A DNA stretch of 64,000 bases from Eledone cirrhosa (taxonomy: Eukaryota), in contig OZ024742.1 in NCBI GenBank assembly GCA_964016885.1, forward strand, positions 353,338,001 to 353,402,000, given 5' to 3'. The position numbers and the translations under genes are program-made. The stretch's first letter is position 1; every line of letters begins with the position of its first letter. Shown here piece by piece: positions 14,078 through 26,437 of this stretch. Under the pieces are notes generated by a model. It did not search any database, was not told the DNA's origin, and worked only from the letters and a program-made list of their open reading frames with translations.

Positions 14078-15403
14078 GATATTAAATAAATGGAAACTAT
14101 ATTTATAAAACCATATTTATTTCATTATATATATATTTCAGGGATATCATATAAAAAATATGTTATGCCTCCCTCAGACAAAATACAATATGAACAGTCT
14201 TATAAATAGATAGATTCGACATACCTTTCAACATCGACTTCAATTTGAAAAGTTGAATTGGTAGTGGAAAAAAAATTAGGGACAGTTATAAAAAGAATGA
14301 AAGAAAAAAGAAAAAACGGAGAAAAAGAAATATACTCCAAATATTTGTTGAGTGCTTTTATATCAGTTATAAATATTTACTCGTTGTTAACCCAACAATT
14401 TAAATAAAACTTTGCATATATATATATATATATATATACTTTTATTATTATCATTATTATTTTTATTATTAATAGTGTAGTTACATGTAAATTATGATAC
14501 GACTGCATACAACAGGCAAGTTTGTGTGTACGAACAATTGCAACGTTAGCTTGAATCGTACTTGTCATATTGTAAATGTATGTATATATTTATATTTCAT
14601 CTTTCCAAGCATATTAGATCCATAATTTGCAATGTTTACTTTACAATTAACATATTTACAGGGCTTATTTACTATAATAACAGATATTTCTCTGGAATAT
14701 AAATGTATTTCTAAGACACATAATATGCAAATATTTTTTTTACCGTAAACTAAAGACTTTATTCTACTGAAATGTATTAGAAAGGATACCCGTAGCAATT
14801 ATAGATGTTTCCTGATATTTTCAGGTATTTTATACGTTTTTGTTTATACATTCATTATGAAGATTGTAAGCAATAAGTAGTGACAAATTATTACAGTATA
14901 CTAGGGAAATAAAAAAAAACGGTGAAGTATAATAGGCTAATCAAGTTCCATTGTTCATGAGAAATTACCGTGTTACGCATTCCTCTGGAGACTTCATTCT
15001 CAGCATCAGGTCAGCCGCAGAAATTTGATGAAGTGTAGTCTGCTAAAAGATAAAATAATAGCAATACACATTTGTGTATCTAATAAACCTATAATTGTAT
15101 GTAAAATATATCAGTTAGTTACGAATTCTTATCTGCGGGAGGTGCCGATTTGGCAAACTCGAGCCTTTCTTCTTTCGCAACGAGATGTTGGTACCATACC
15201 TATGTCTGTATTATGGAGTTAATGATATGCCACGTCGGCTTATTGTAGTCTAGTATCCAGGTGGTTAATTATGTCAGGTGGTTAATTCATGACCAGTCCT
15301 CTTTCTTCGTCATATTAAACTACAAGGATCAATTGAAAGTCTATGTTCTTCCTCGAATGATAGAGGGTTATTGATTTGGTATGATAAATTTATACCGACC
15401 ACT

Positions 15404-15459
<56 letters not shown>

Positions 15460-15467
15460 TATTGTGA

Positions 15468-15612
15468 AGGAGTATGGCTGAGTAGTTAGAGCCTTGGGCC
15501 TCGAGCTTTGGCGATCGAAAGGCTGTGAGTTCAATTCTCGGACCGGGCGATGTGTTGTTTCCTTGAGCAAGTCACTTTATTTCACGTTGCCACAGTTTAC
15601 TCAGCTGTAGAA
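15468..15612 (+). mobile_element. SINE family 2 next to (GTA)n
   Basis: TGGCTGAGTAG A box, GAGTTCAATTC B box, TCCTTGAGCAAGTCACTTTATTTCAC. Confidence 0.7.
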
Positions 15613-15947
15613 AGATGATAGGATTGGGGACCCTATTATTAAATCCCTCAAGACAACTCCAACGAGATATACCTTGGAGGAGGCCAGCTAAACCTGTATA
15701 GGTGTGAGCTGTCTCACACACAGTTGTTGGGGTGATTTAGTATAGGGTGTTGAAGTTATTTCGCCATTTTAGGCAATGCTGATGGTTGAGTGTTGTTATT
15801 TCTGTTGTCATTTGCAGCGCCGATTCCGATAAGATATGTATTTGACTTGCTTTCTCACTGGATGACTGTCTGTATGGCAAAGAGGCTCGCTGGCTTATAC
15901 ATAGTATCATTGTTCAGACAGTTTTTATTGTATATGCTTTTAAATAT

Positions 15948-16770
15948 ATCTTTCTTTATTTGCCTCAGGGGCGATGGGACATTACAAGACGCGACGGTGG
16001 CGGTTTTACATAAAAGTCATATAACATTAACATTAATAAATAACAATAAACTATATATAATAAAATAACAAGAGAAAGTCCATTCACTCGGGCCATTTTC
16101 GCCACATTCACCCACCTTTCAGCGAATTTACTGGGGTACATTACCTCCCTCTCCACTATCACCTTCCTTCTGAAGTGGTACTTAAAGAAGGGGGCGAGTT
16201 GTTGTCCGGGGAGAAAAGTGTTTGCCATCAGTCCTTTTAACCTCGTCCGCCATATTACCTCTTTCGCCATAGCCACAGAGGAAAACCAACTCGCCTTCAC
16301 TCTTAAATGAAGGCGGCGGACTGATCCTCAGGATGGACTCGGCTGACAACTGGATGCGTCCCACACTTGACAGTAGCTGTTCGACATAATCCCACAGGTC
16401 AGTCACCCCTGGGCACTGAACAATTGCGTGCAGAACGGTTCCGATGTCCTGCTCGCATCTTGGACAGGTCCTTTTGGCAGGATTTCTGCCAGGGCGTCCG
16501 TGCCTGTAGATTTTGTCTCGAACTGGTAGAGCTCCTCGGTAGCACTGTTAAGCTAGAGACCTTTGGAAGTTATCCATAGGCCCTGGACGGAAGGACTTCC
16601 CGAACAGACTGGTCAGTTCGTTCTCCTCGATGCCTAGAGTTTCCCCAAGAACGTCGTCGCACTTATCCTCCACTATTCCCCTATAGAATGTGGAAGTGGA
16701 GTCTCCGTTGATTGCAATTTCCGCTTGGTAAAGGGCTGTGAACGCGTGAAGGCACTCGAAGTGCCAAAGA
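15948..16770 (-). mobile_element. 5'-truncated Tx1/L1-type fragment (ORF2 3' end and 3' UTR)
   Basis: DLWDYVEQLLSSVGRIQLSAES and FFKYHFRRKVIVEREV..F.ERWVNVAKMARVNG match ORF 28816..30297. Confidence 0.85.
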
Positions 16771-17124
16771 TAGCTGTGTGTTTACAGGCGTTTGAAATAT
16801 CAAGCTGCATAACGTCGCATATGCGGCGGTCTTCGTGTTGTTTGGAGGAGACGGTGGAAGTGTGACATTCTGTTATTAAAACAATGCAGATTCTAAAGCT
16901 TAATTTTGTTGTAGCATTCGGCTAAGAATCTATAATCTTCCTCTGAGGTTCTTACGTAAGTCTAAGATATGGAACCACCTTCTTCAGCGGACCAAGGTAG
17001 GTGTAAACATGAAAATCAAAGGTATGCAACGGATATGTTTCATACACAGATTGAAAATATATAGTCACGGCAACCGAAGTGATAACATATCTGGAGAGAA
17101 GAAACATAATACAATTAATATCGA

Positions 17125-18920
17125 TAATTGTTTCTAATTTTGTCACAAGGCCAGCAATTATCCCAGTGCTTTAATGGTGTTTCATTTTATCGAGGCCGTA
17201 AGGATGAAAGGGAAAGTTAACCACGTGGTTATTTAAACGAAGTGCGTAAAGGGGCGTAACTCTATTCTGAAAAGCATGGCGTCCGACTCACTACCAATAG
17301 TGTTGATCGAATGGCTTTTAAATATGGCTGTCTGTTTTACATTAATATTAATAATAATTGTTTCTACTTTTGGCACAAAGCCAGCACATATCCCATTGTA
17401 TTAAAGGTACTTTATTTTATCGACCCCGTAAGGATTAAAGGCAAAGTTAACCTCGGCGGGATTTGAACTCAATCCGTAAAGGGAGGTAACTGTGCTGCCA
17501 AGCATGGCGTCCGACCCTTTACCGATACTGCCAATCCACCGCCTTAATTAATATTAATAATAATTGTTTCTACTTTAGGCAGAAGGGCAGCAATGATCCA
17601 GTGCATTATGGGTACTTTATTTTATCAACCCTGTAAGGATGAAAGGCAAAGTTAACCTCGGCGGGATTTGAACTCAATCAGTAAAGGGATGTAACTGTGC
17701 TGCCAAGCATTGCATCCGTCCCTCTACCGATACTGCCAATCCACCGCCTTAATTAATACTAATAATAATGGTTTCTTATATAGGGACTAGGCCATCAATG
17801 TTGGGGGAGGGGAAAGTCGATTAAATCGACCCCAGTACATTACTGGTACATTATTTTATCGTCCCCGTAAGGATGAAAGGCAAAGTTAACCTCGGCGGGA
17901 TTTGAACTCAGATTATAAAGAGCCGTAACTCTATGCTGCAAAGCATGGCATCCGACCCTCTACCGATACTGACAATCCACCGCTTTAATTAATATTAATA
18001 ATAATGGTTTCTTATATAGGCACAAGGCCAGCAGGTTTGGGGGAGGGGGAATAAGTCTATTAAACCCACTCCAGTGCATTACTGGTACTTATATTTTAGC
18101 GACTGTGTAAGGATGAAGGCAAAGCTAACCTCAACAAGATTTGACTTCAGAAAGTAAAGGGCCATATCTCTATGCCGCAAAGCATGTTGTCCTCTCTTAA
18201 CCGGTACTGCGAAATGGTTTCTGGTATGTTAATATTATTATGAATGAACTGACAGTATCAGTAGAGGGTCGGCAGTCATGCTTTGCAGCATAGCGTTACG
18301 GCCCTTGCCATTTTGAGTTCAAATCCCGCCGAGGTAAACTTTGCCTTTCATCCTTACGGGGTCGATAAAATAAAGTACCAGTAATGTACTGGGTTATTGC
18401 TGGCCTTGTGCCAAAAGTAGAAACAATTATTATGAATGGACTGGCAGTTTCAGTAGAGGGTCGAACGCATGCTTTACAGCAGAGAGTTACACCCCTTTAA
18501 TATCTCAGTTCAAATCCCGGCGACGTCAACTATACCTTTCATCAGTACATCGTCGATGAAATAAAGTACCAGTAATACACTGGGGTAACTGCTGGCCTTG
18601 TGCCAAAAATAGAAACAATTATTATTAAATCAAAAACATATTATGGCGGTGGGTTGACAGAATCAGTAGTGCTTCAGAGAATATGTTTTGTAGCCTAGAG
18701 TTAAGTCCCTTTATGTTCTTATTTGACATCCCGCCAAGGTTAGCTTTGCCTCTCATCTTTCCTGGGTCAATAAAATAAAGTAAGAGTAACGCATTGGTGT
18801 CGATTTAATCGAATTTCTCCCCGTAATAAAAGTGCCGTCTTTGTGGAGAGAATAAAGTATCAGTAACAGCCTGGGGACAATATAATTGATTCTCCCTCCT
18901 AACAAATTTGCTGTCCTTCG
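17125..18920. mobile_element. Cluster of ~8 SINE family 1 copies (about 5 on -, then 3 on +), separated by (AAT)n spacers
   Basis: Repeated TTTATCGACCCCGTAAGGATGAAAGGCAAAGTTAACCTCGGCGGGATTTGAACTC and its complement. Confidence 0.85.
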
Positions 18921-19074
18921 GACTAAATCAGTATCGGTTATTATTAAGACTCCTCATGGTTTGGGAAAGTAGCAGAAATCAAAGAATGTTTCCAATAATG
19001 ACAATAAAAACAACGACAACAATAATAACAATAATAATAATAATAACAATAATAACAATAATAATAATAATAAT

Positions 19075-19375
19075 AAACTAAAACAATACCAGTGGTTGTA
19101 GGCGCTCTGGGAATGATACCTAAGAGGTCTAACGACTACTTATCGCAAATCCCAGGAAACCCGCGTATAGGAGAAATACAAAAGATAGTACTAATGGGAA
19201 CTGCCCATATACTAAGTAAGATCCTGTCAATATAAGTACATCACAAGTCTAAACACTAAGGATGCATGTGTGAATATGTATGTTCTTTCTTGAACATGGC
19301 GGACCTTGTTGTCTCTTGAGGTCACTGGTTGTGACTTGGTGATAACTCGTATAAACATAAAGCAAGATAAATGCA

Positions 19376-19377
<2 letters not shown>
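19075..19377 (+). mobile_element. 3' end of a second R4/Dong-like family
   Basis: Reads IPVVVGALGMIPK...IGEIQKIVLMGTAHILSKILSI*, followed by (TAA)n. Confidence 0.7.
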
Positions 19378-19404
<27 letters not shown>

Positions 19405-19406
<2 letters not shown>

Positions 19407-19737
19407 CCCGTTCGACACGAGAGTGCAAGAGAAGGAGAGGGAGAAAATTAACCGATACCAGGACCTAAAGTGGGAGGTGAAAAGGATTTGGAACTGCCAT
19501 GAAGTCAAAGTGATCCCGATTGTCATAGGCGCACTGGGGACTATCTCCAAAGGTTTCCAGGGATGGTTAAAGAAAATCGGCCCCTTCACGCTTTTTGGAA
19601 CGCTTCAAAAGGCATGCTTGCTTGGAACGGCAAGAACCCTCCGATACGTCCTGAATATCTGAGGCTGCAGGTAGTGGCTTGATATTCAATCCAACGGACT
19701 TTCCAGTTAACCAATATCAATGAATGAGATTCAAGGA
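19405..19737 (+). mobile_element. Short 5'-truncated copy of the R4/Dong element
   Basis: Near-identical to 22051-22383; flanked by (AAT)n. Confidence 0.9.
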
Positions 19738-19762
19738 ATAACATTAACAATAATAATAATAA

Positions 19763-22383
19763 TAGACTGGAAATAAACTGGAAATAGACTGGAAATAAAA
19801 TACAAAACTAGGAGTAAAAAGCTAAATATTATCATAGAGGAATTGAAGCAACGCATTGTAGCAAAGAGTGCCAAAATCAGGCGATACGAGAACAGAGTCT
19901 GTCAGTATAAACAGAACCGCATGTTCGACAACAACCAGAAGATGCTGTTTGGACAGCTTGAGGGGAAAGAAAGAGGCAACGACTTGATCCCTGGGGCGGA
20001 ACAAGCTAAAACATTCTGGAGAGGAATATGGGAGCAGGATGTTAGACACAATGCCCAGGCAGGGTGGATTGAGACAGTACAGAGGGAGATCGGTGAGCAG
20101 GCACAACAACAGACTGATTTGACTATCACAGTTGAAACTCTTAAGGGGCAAGCCAAAAAACTAACCAACTGGAAATCACCAGGCCCAGATGGTGTGCAGG
20201 GGTATTGGATTAAACATTTAACATCCCTCCACCCGAAGCTGACGGCCATGTTCAATGACTGCTTGGTGTCGGGTGAGGTGCCAGAGTGGTTGACAAAAGG
20301 TACCACAGTTCTGATAATGAAAGACCGAATCAAGGGTAATGATGTTACCAACTATAGACCTATCACATGTCTGCCCGTAATGTGGAAACTGTTGACGAGC
20401 ATTGTGTCTGAGGAAATATACCATCACCTCCACACAAACAACTTGTTACCGGACGAACAGAAAGGATGCCGAAAGAAGTCACGTGGTACAAAGGACCAGT
20501 TGCTTATTGATAAGATGGTAATGGGGAATTGCAGGAGGAGACACACTGATCTTGCCATGGGATGGATAGACTACAGAAAGGCATTTGACATGGTGCCTCA
20601 TTCCTGGATCACCAAAAGCCTGGAGATCTTCAGGGTGGCAGATAACATCAGACAGTTGCTGGACAGGAGTATGGGGTCCTGGGAGACAGAGTTGACATCA
20701 ACTGGAGTATCCTTGGGAAGCGTGAAGATCAAGGGAGGTATCTTCCAGGGAGATAGCCTGTCCCCTCTGTTGTTTGTCCTTGCCCTGATGCCCTTGACCA
20801 TTATGCTGCGAAAAGTGAGAGCAGGATACAAGTTGGGAAGGGGAGAGCTTACCATCAATCACCTCCTCTTCATGGACGATCTTAAGCTCTTCGGGAAAAG
20901 TGAGAAGGAGTTGGATGTGCTTGTTGACACTGTCCGTATTTTCAGCAGTGATATATGTATGCAGTTTGGTATTGGTAAATGTGGAGTCATTGTGATGAAG
21001 AGGGGTAGGTTGAGCAGAAGTAACGGGATCCAGATACCAACAGGTGAGATGATAATGGAAATTGACTCTGAGGAAGGATACAAGTATTTGGGCGTTCTGG
21101 AGGCTGATGGCATAAAGAACAAGAAAATGAAGGAATTGTTAAGAACTGAATACATTCGGAGAGTAAGGAGCGTATTGAAGTCACATCTGAACAGCAGAAA
21201 TGCCATAAGCGCAGTAAATTCCCGAGCTGTGTCTATTATTAGGTACAGTGCGGGAATTCTGAGATGGAATGTTGCTGAAGAAAAAGAAATGGATAGGAAG
21301 ACTAGGAAGATATTGACTATCTACAACATGTTCCACAAGAGGGGTGATGTCGATAGACTCTACCTAAGGAGATCTGAGGGTGGAAGAGGTCTTATCAGCA
21401 TAGAGGACTGTGTTCAGATGGAGAAAAACAACCTATACAAATACGTGACCTATAGTAAGGAGCCAATGCTCAGAGCTGTACTGAAGGAGGGGACAGTAGG
21501 CCAGGGGATATCCAAGGAGGAAATAACATCAAGGAGGAATAGCAGCCTTAAGGGAAAATCCCTTCATAGTACCTTCTTTGAGAAAACTGAATTTAGAGAT
21601 CCACAGACATGGAACTGGTTGAGAAGAGGAGACCTCAAAAAGGCTACAGAAGGAATGCTAATGGCTGCGCAGGAGCAGGCCCTCAAAACGAAGTGGTTGA
21701 AGCACCATATCTACAAGGAGGAGGCTAGCCCACTGTGCAGGATCTGTGGAGAGAGAGAGGAGACGGTGGCTCACATTGTGTCCGAGTGTAAACACCTAGC
21801 CCAGACCCGCTATAAGGGCTGGAGACACGATGTGATGGGCAGGGTGATCCACTGGCACCTGTGCAAAGTAAACAATCTACCACATTCTGAGAAATGGTAT
21901 GAGCATAGGCCAGAGGCGGTGATGGAGAACAGTCAGGTGAAGGTGCTGTGGGATTTTAGGATACAGACGGACAAAAAACTGGAACACAATAGACCTGACC
22001 TGGTGGTTGTGGACAAAGAAAAAAGATCGTGCCTGATTGTGGATGTGGCCTGCCCGTTCGACACGAGAGTGCAAGAGAAGGAGAGGGAGAAAATTAACCG
22101 ATACCAGGACCTAAAGTGGGAGGTGAAAAGGATTTGGAACTGCCATGAAGTCAAAGTGATCCCGATTGTCATAGGCGCACTGGGGACTATCTCCAAAGGT
22201 TTCCAGGGATGGTTAAAGAAAATCGGCCCCTTCACGCTTTTTGGAACGCTTCAAAAGGCATGCTTGCTTGGAACAGCCAGAACCCTCCGATACGTCCTGA
22301 ATATCTGAGGCTGCAGGTAGTGGCTTGATATTCAATCCAACGGACTTTCCAGTTAACCAACATCAATGACTGAGATTCAAGGA
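19763..22383 (+). mobile_element. 5'-truncated R4/Dong-clade (RLE) non-LTR retrotransposon in (AAT)n
   Basis: Single ORF with RT, CCHC and RLE domains; short 3' UTR; (AAT)n tail. Confidence 0.9.
19843..22308 (+). CDS. RT + CCHC + restriction-like endonuclease (N-terminally truncated, uninterrupted 821 aa)
   Basis: KSPGPDG, YRPITCL, GIFQGDSLSP, FMDD, CRICGEREETVAHIVSEC, RHD, RPD..D..K..Y. Confidence 0.9.
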   Translation: MKQRIVAKSAKIRRYENRVCQYKQNRMFDNNQKMLFGQLEGKERGNDLIPGAEQAKTFWRGIWEQDVRHNAQAGWIETVQREIGEQAQQQTDLTITVETLKGQAKKLTNWKSPGPDGVQGYWIKHLTSLHPKLTAMFNDCLVSGEVPEWLTKGTTVLIMKDRIKGNDVTNYRPITCLPVMWKLLTSIVSEEIYHHLHTNNLLPDEQKGCRKKSRGTKDQLLIDKMVMGNCRRRHTDLAMGWIDYRKAFDMVPHSWITKSLEIFRVADNIRQLLDRSMGSWETELTSTGVSLGSVKIKGGIFQGDSLSPLLFVLALMPLTIMLRKVRAGYKLGRGELTINHLLFMDDLKLFGKSEKELDVLVDTVRIFSSDICMQFGIGKCGVIVMKRGRLSRSNGIQIPTGEMIMEIDSEEGYKYLGVLEADGIKNKKMKELLRTEYIRRVRSVLKSHLNSRNAISAVNSRAVSIIRYSAGILRWNVAEEKEMDRKTRKILTIYNMFHKRGDVDRLYLRRSEGGRGLISIEDCVQMEKNNLYKYVTYSKEPMLRAVLKEGTVGQGISKEEITSRRNSSLKGKSLHSTFFEKTEFRDPQTWNWLRRGDLKKATEGMLMAAQEQALKTKWLKHHIYKEEASPLCRICGEREETVAHIVSECKHLAQTRYKGWRHDVMGRVIHWHLCKVNNLPHSEKWYEHRPEAVMENSQVKVLWDFRIQTDKKLEHNRPDLVVVDKEKRSCLIVDVACPFDTRVQEKEREKINRYQDLKWEVKRIWNCHEVKVIPIVIGALGTISKGFQGWLKKIGPFTLFGTLQKACLLGTARTLRYVLNI

Positions 22384-22689
22384 ATAACAATAACAATAAT
22401 AATAATAATAATAATGATTTATTCATTAACCACAAGGGTTTACATAAAGTAGACATTAAGGACAGTGCAGGACAATAGAGGACGGTACAAATGGACATTT
22501 CTGCGTGTAAAAAACACAAACTGAGGATGTAACAAAAAATAACAATAACAAATTCCCCAATAGGGGGGAGACTTCGGAGGGACATTTGTGGAGAAAGCCC
22601 AGTAAAAAGCCACAGTGACCATGACCACCAAGGCAAGTGCCCTCTCCCAGTGTTCCACCTTTAATTTACAGATATATACTCAGATTAGG

Positions 22690-25600
22690 CCCATTCACTC
22701 GGGGCATTCTTGCTTCTCTCACCCATCATTCAACAAAATGCTGGGAAGAGAGCACATCCCTCTCTACTCTGATTTTCCTTTTCAAATGAAATTTGAAAAA
22801 GTCAATCAGGGCATCACCGAAGAGGTAAATGCTCGTCTTCAGCCCTTTCAAACGTGTCTACCATACTATCTATTTCGCCATATGCCACCAGACAGATAAA
22901 AACTGGTCTGCCCTTCCCTGCTAAAGGAAGAGGTCGGGGCAATCCTCACGATGGACTCAGATGATAGCAGGATCCGTCCTACACGCGACAGCAGGTGTTC
23001 GACATAAACCCACAAGTCAGCTATTTTCGGACACTGGACGAGTGCGTGAAGGACGGTTTCTCCGCCATGCCCACATCTCGCACATGCCAGGCTGACGGCA
23101 CCTCCATGCCTGTAGAGTTTATCTCGAACTGGCAAGGCTCCTCGGTAGCACTGCCAGGCCAGAGATTTCTGGAAGTTGTCCATAGACCCCGGCCCGAAAG
23201 TTCTTCCGAAGTGATTGGCTAGTTGATTTTCGTCGACGCCTAGAGTTTCCCCAAGTACGTCGTCGCATTTCCCCTCCACTAATCCTCTATAGAACACCGA
23301 GGTGGAGTTTCCACCGATCACATTGCCCCATTGGTCGAGGGCTGTGAGCGCCTGAAGACATTCCAGTCTCCAGGGGTTCCCACTGTGTCTTCGCTTGACC
23401 CAGTATTGCAGCTCCGTCAAGGAAACGAGCTGGGGAAATACCTGTCTAGCAAACGGCGACCACACCTGATCACCGTCGAGGAAGAGGTGGAGATGTCGTA
23501 GCCTGAGCGCGTGTCTGCGCATCATCAGCCACGGCATGCCCATCCCTCCACGTACCGGGTGTTGACAACAGATGGACCGCCTGACCATCGGAGCGCGTCC
23601 CTTCCACAAAAAGCGAAAGAGCAAACGCTCCAGCGCAGTCAGGCGGGGCTTAGCACAAGGTACAACGGTCAGGCGGTAGCAGATGACAGACGCGACGTAC
23701 GCGTTAGCCGCCTCAGCTCGACCTTTCAGGGATAGCTTCCTCTCCGCCCATTTCTGGGTGAGATAAGCCACCCTGCTCGTCACCTCGTAACAGTTTTTGT
23801 CCGTCTGGAGGTCCGGACCGAATCAGACCCTAGCAATTTAACCGGTCCGTCCGTCCAGCCTCTAACGACGCGGTTGGACGGCATAGACCTGCCTCTCCAG
23901 GTGCCGAGCTGCAGGCCCACTGACTTTTCCTGGTTGATCATTTCTCCTGTCACCGCTTCGTATTCTCTTAGTGTAGTGCCGATCGCCTCGATGTGTTTGG
24001 CATTCGACACCACTACGGTGACATCGTCCGCATATGCTGACATGGATCTTCCGCATCCTAGTTCGCGCGGGGCGCCCCTCAACGTCTCCAGTTTGTGCAG
24101 TAATGGCTTGAGAGTCAATACGTAGAAGAGGGACGATAGGGGACATCCCTGGCGGACCGAGCGCATGATGTTGAACGGTTCCGGAAGGTGACCGTTCACT
24201 CTCACCACAGAGCAGGTGTCGCTGTGCATGGCAGCGATCCAGCCTCTGAAGACGGGCCCAAAGCCAGCCGCCATCAGGACTGCCGCTAGGTAACGATGAT
24301 CGACCCTATCGAAAGCTTTCGACTGATCTAAATTGTCAAAGACCCACCCGTGCCAGGATCCCTAGCTACCCTCTCTACGATGTATCGCATGAGGTGGAGT
24401 TTGTCGTGGATGGATCTGTCGGGAATGGCGCATGTCTGCGCCTCTTCCACCAGACCACCAACGACAAGCGCCAACCTCTTTGCTAGCACCTTGGCCAACA
24501 TCTTGGACTCTATGTTTAGCAGAGTTATGGGCCTGAAATTATCTATTTTATCCCCCATCTCCGGATCCTTTCTCTGCAGTGCCACCGCTCCTCGGCTCAC
24601 AGAGCTTGGAATTCTCCCGTTCTGTTGCCAGTTGCAGTAGACGTCCGCCAAGACGCCTCCGAAAAGTCTGGCATCTGTACGTAAAGTTCATAGGGCAGAC
24701 CATCCAAACCAGGCGATTTACCCCTTGTACAGTCAGTCATTGCCTCCCGTACTTCAGCTGCGGTTATCGGCTTTTCGCAACACTCCGCCTCAGTAGCCTA
24801 GAGCCGCGGCAGTCCGTCGAAGTAGACACTAAAGTCCATCCCTCGTCCCGGCACACCGCTGCCACCGAACAGCTGTGCGGTGTGTCGCTGAAAAGCTTCT
24901 CACATTTGCCCGGGATAGAGTAGCATGCGCCCGTCGTGGCCCACCAAAGAAGGGATCGTGGCTTTCAGGCCACGACGCGCCTCCGCCACTCTGCCCCATT
25001 AAACGGCTTTCGTCCCCTCGTGTCTGAGAGCACGCACCCTAGCTCTGACAACGCAGCCTTCGTGCTTTGCATTGAAGAATTGGCCAAGGGCCAATTTCGC
25101 CGCAAGCAAGTCGGTCACGATGCCTTTGCTAAGCGCCTCGTCTAATTTTCTAACTAGTTCTCCCTCTCCTCCATTTTTCTCTATTGCTAAAGGCTTACTA
25201 AACCTAATGGACTCTATTCTAATTGCTCTTTTCAGAGCAAACCACCACTTGTTGTTGACGATGGCCCCCGTCAACGCCCGCTTAACTAATTCGCTAATCC
25301 GGTCTATGTAGGCCTTGCGCGCTGGTAAGGACGCGTTTAGCTTCCAGTAGCCGGGTCCTCGTCTATGAAGCCTATCTAAGTCAATCACACAGATCACGAA
25401 TTCGTGGTCGGTGTAGCTGACTATCTTGAATTGGGGACAGCCTATGCTAGACGTATCTATTTCCCTACAAAATACTCTATCTAGATATGATCTGGATAAC
25501 CCTATGCGATTTGTCCAAGTCCACATTGGCACATTCGGGAAATCCAATCGGTACTTGTCAGACAGTTCAAAAGGCCTGAGCAGGTTGGTGAGCCTCTTGC

Positions 25601-26080
25601 ACCCTCCTCCCCTATCCGTTAATCCCACACAGTCCCAGCGTGCATCTAAGATCCCGTTCCAGTCGCCCACTAAAGAGCGGGACGTTCCAAGAAAGGTCTC
25701 CAGATGCCGGAATAAATCATGCCGCCTTACTCCTGTCGGGGCATAGACGGCCACTAGCCTGAAAGCTTTCCCGTCTCCGCCGGTCAGGTCCAGCACCACC
25801 AACTTACCTTCTGAGTCCAGGAAGATAACCCGTATGGCGAGATACAAACCTCTCCGAAAAAGCACTGCAAAGCCTACCCTTGATCCAGGAAGGCTGGTAG
25901 ATGCGTACACATCGTAGCCGCCGAAGATCGGTGCGAAGGCCCGTGCTTCGGAGATTCTGGTCTCGCTGATGGCCACTACATCTATGTTTAGTGACCTGAG
26001 GTCGTTGAGCAGGTGGCTCTGCTTCCATGACGACCCCATGCCAAGCGCATTTATGCTGCCTATTCTGAGTGAGGTCATGT
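22690..26080 (-). pseudogene. ORF2 of element A: APE endonuclease + RT, several frameshifts
   Basis: IGSINALG, ISET, VYAP, GDWN, SYLDRV, TDH; FRPITLLN, VRQGCPLS, AYADD. Confidence 0.85.
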
Positions 26081-26437
26081 TGAAATGGAGTGGAAAAGAT
26101 GGGAAAGACCACTTACCGTTTTTTCGTAGAGCAAGTATTGTTTCTCCATCCCTTTTCATTTGATCGTCTGGTGAAGGGACAGTTGAACCGTCCCTTCGGC
26201 TGGTGGTCGGCTCTTCTATGAGTATGTCCGAATATACTCTCCGGTTGAGAGTCCCTCCTAGGTCTCTTAAATCATCAACTGCGTTGGGGAATTTCGTTTT
26301 AATGTTTGTGTATTGTTTCTGTGCTATTTTTACCAGTCTTATGTTCGTTGTGGTTTCGATTGGTGCTGGTATTATGTAGTCGTGCTGTGAAATGTCTGTG
26401 TTCAATTATGTAAGTCATTAGTTTCTTGTTGTGTGTA

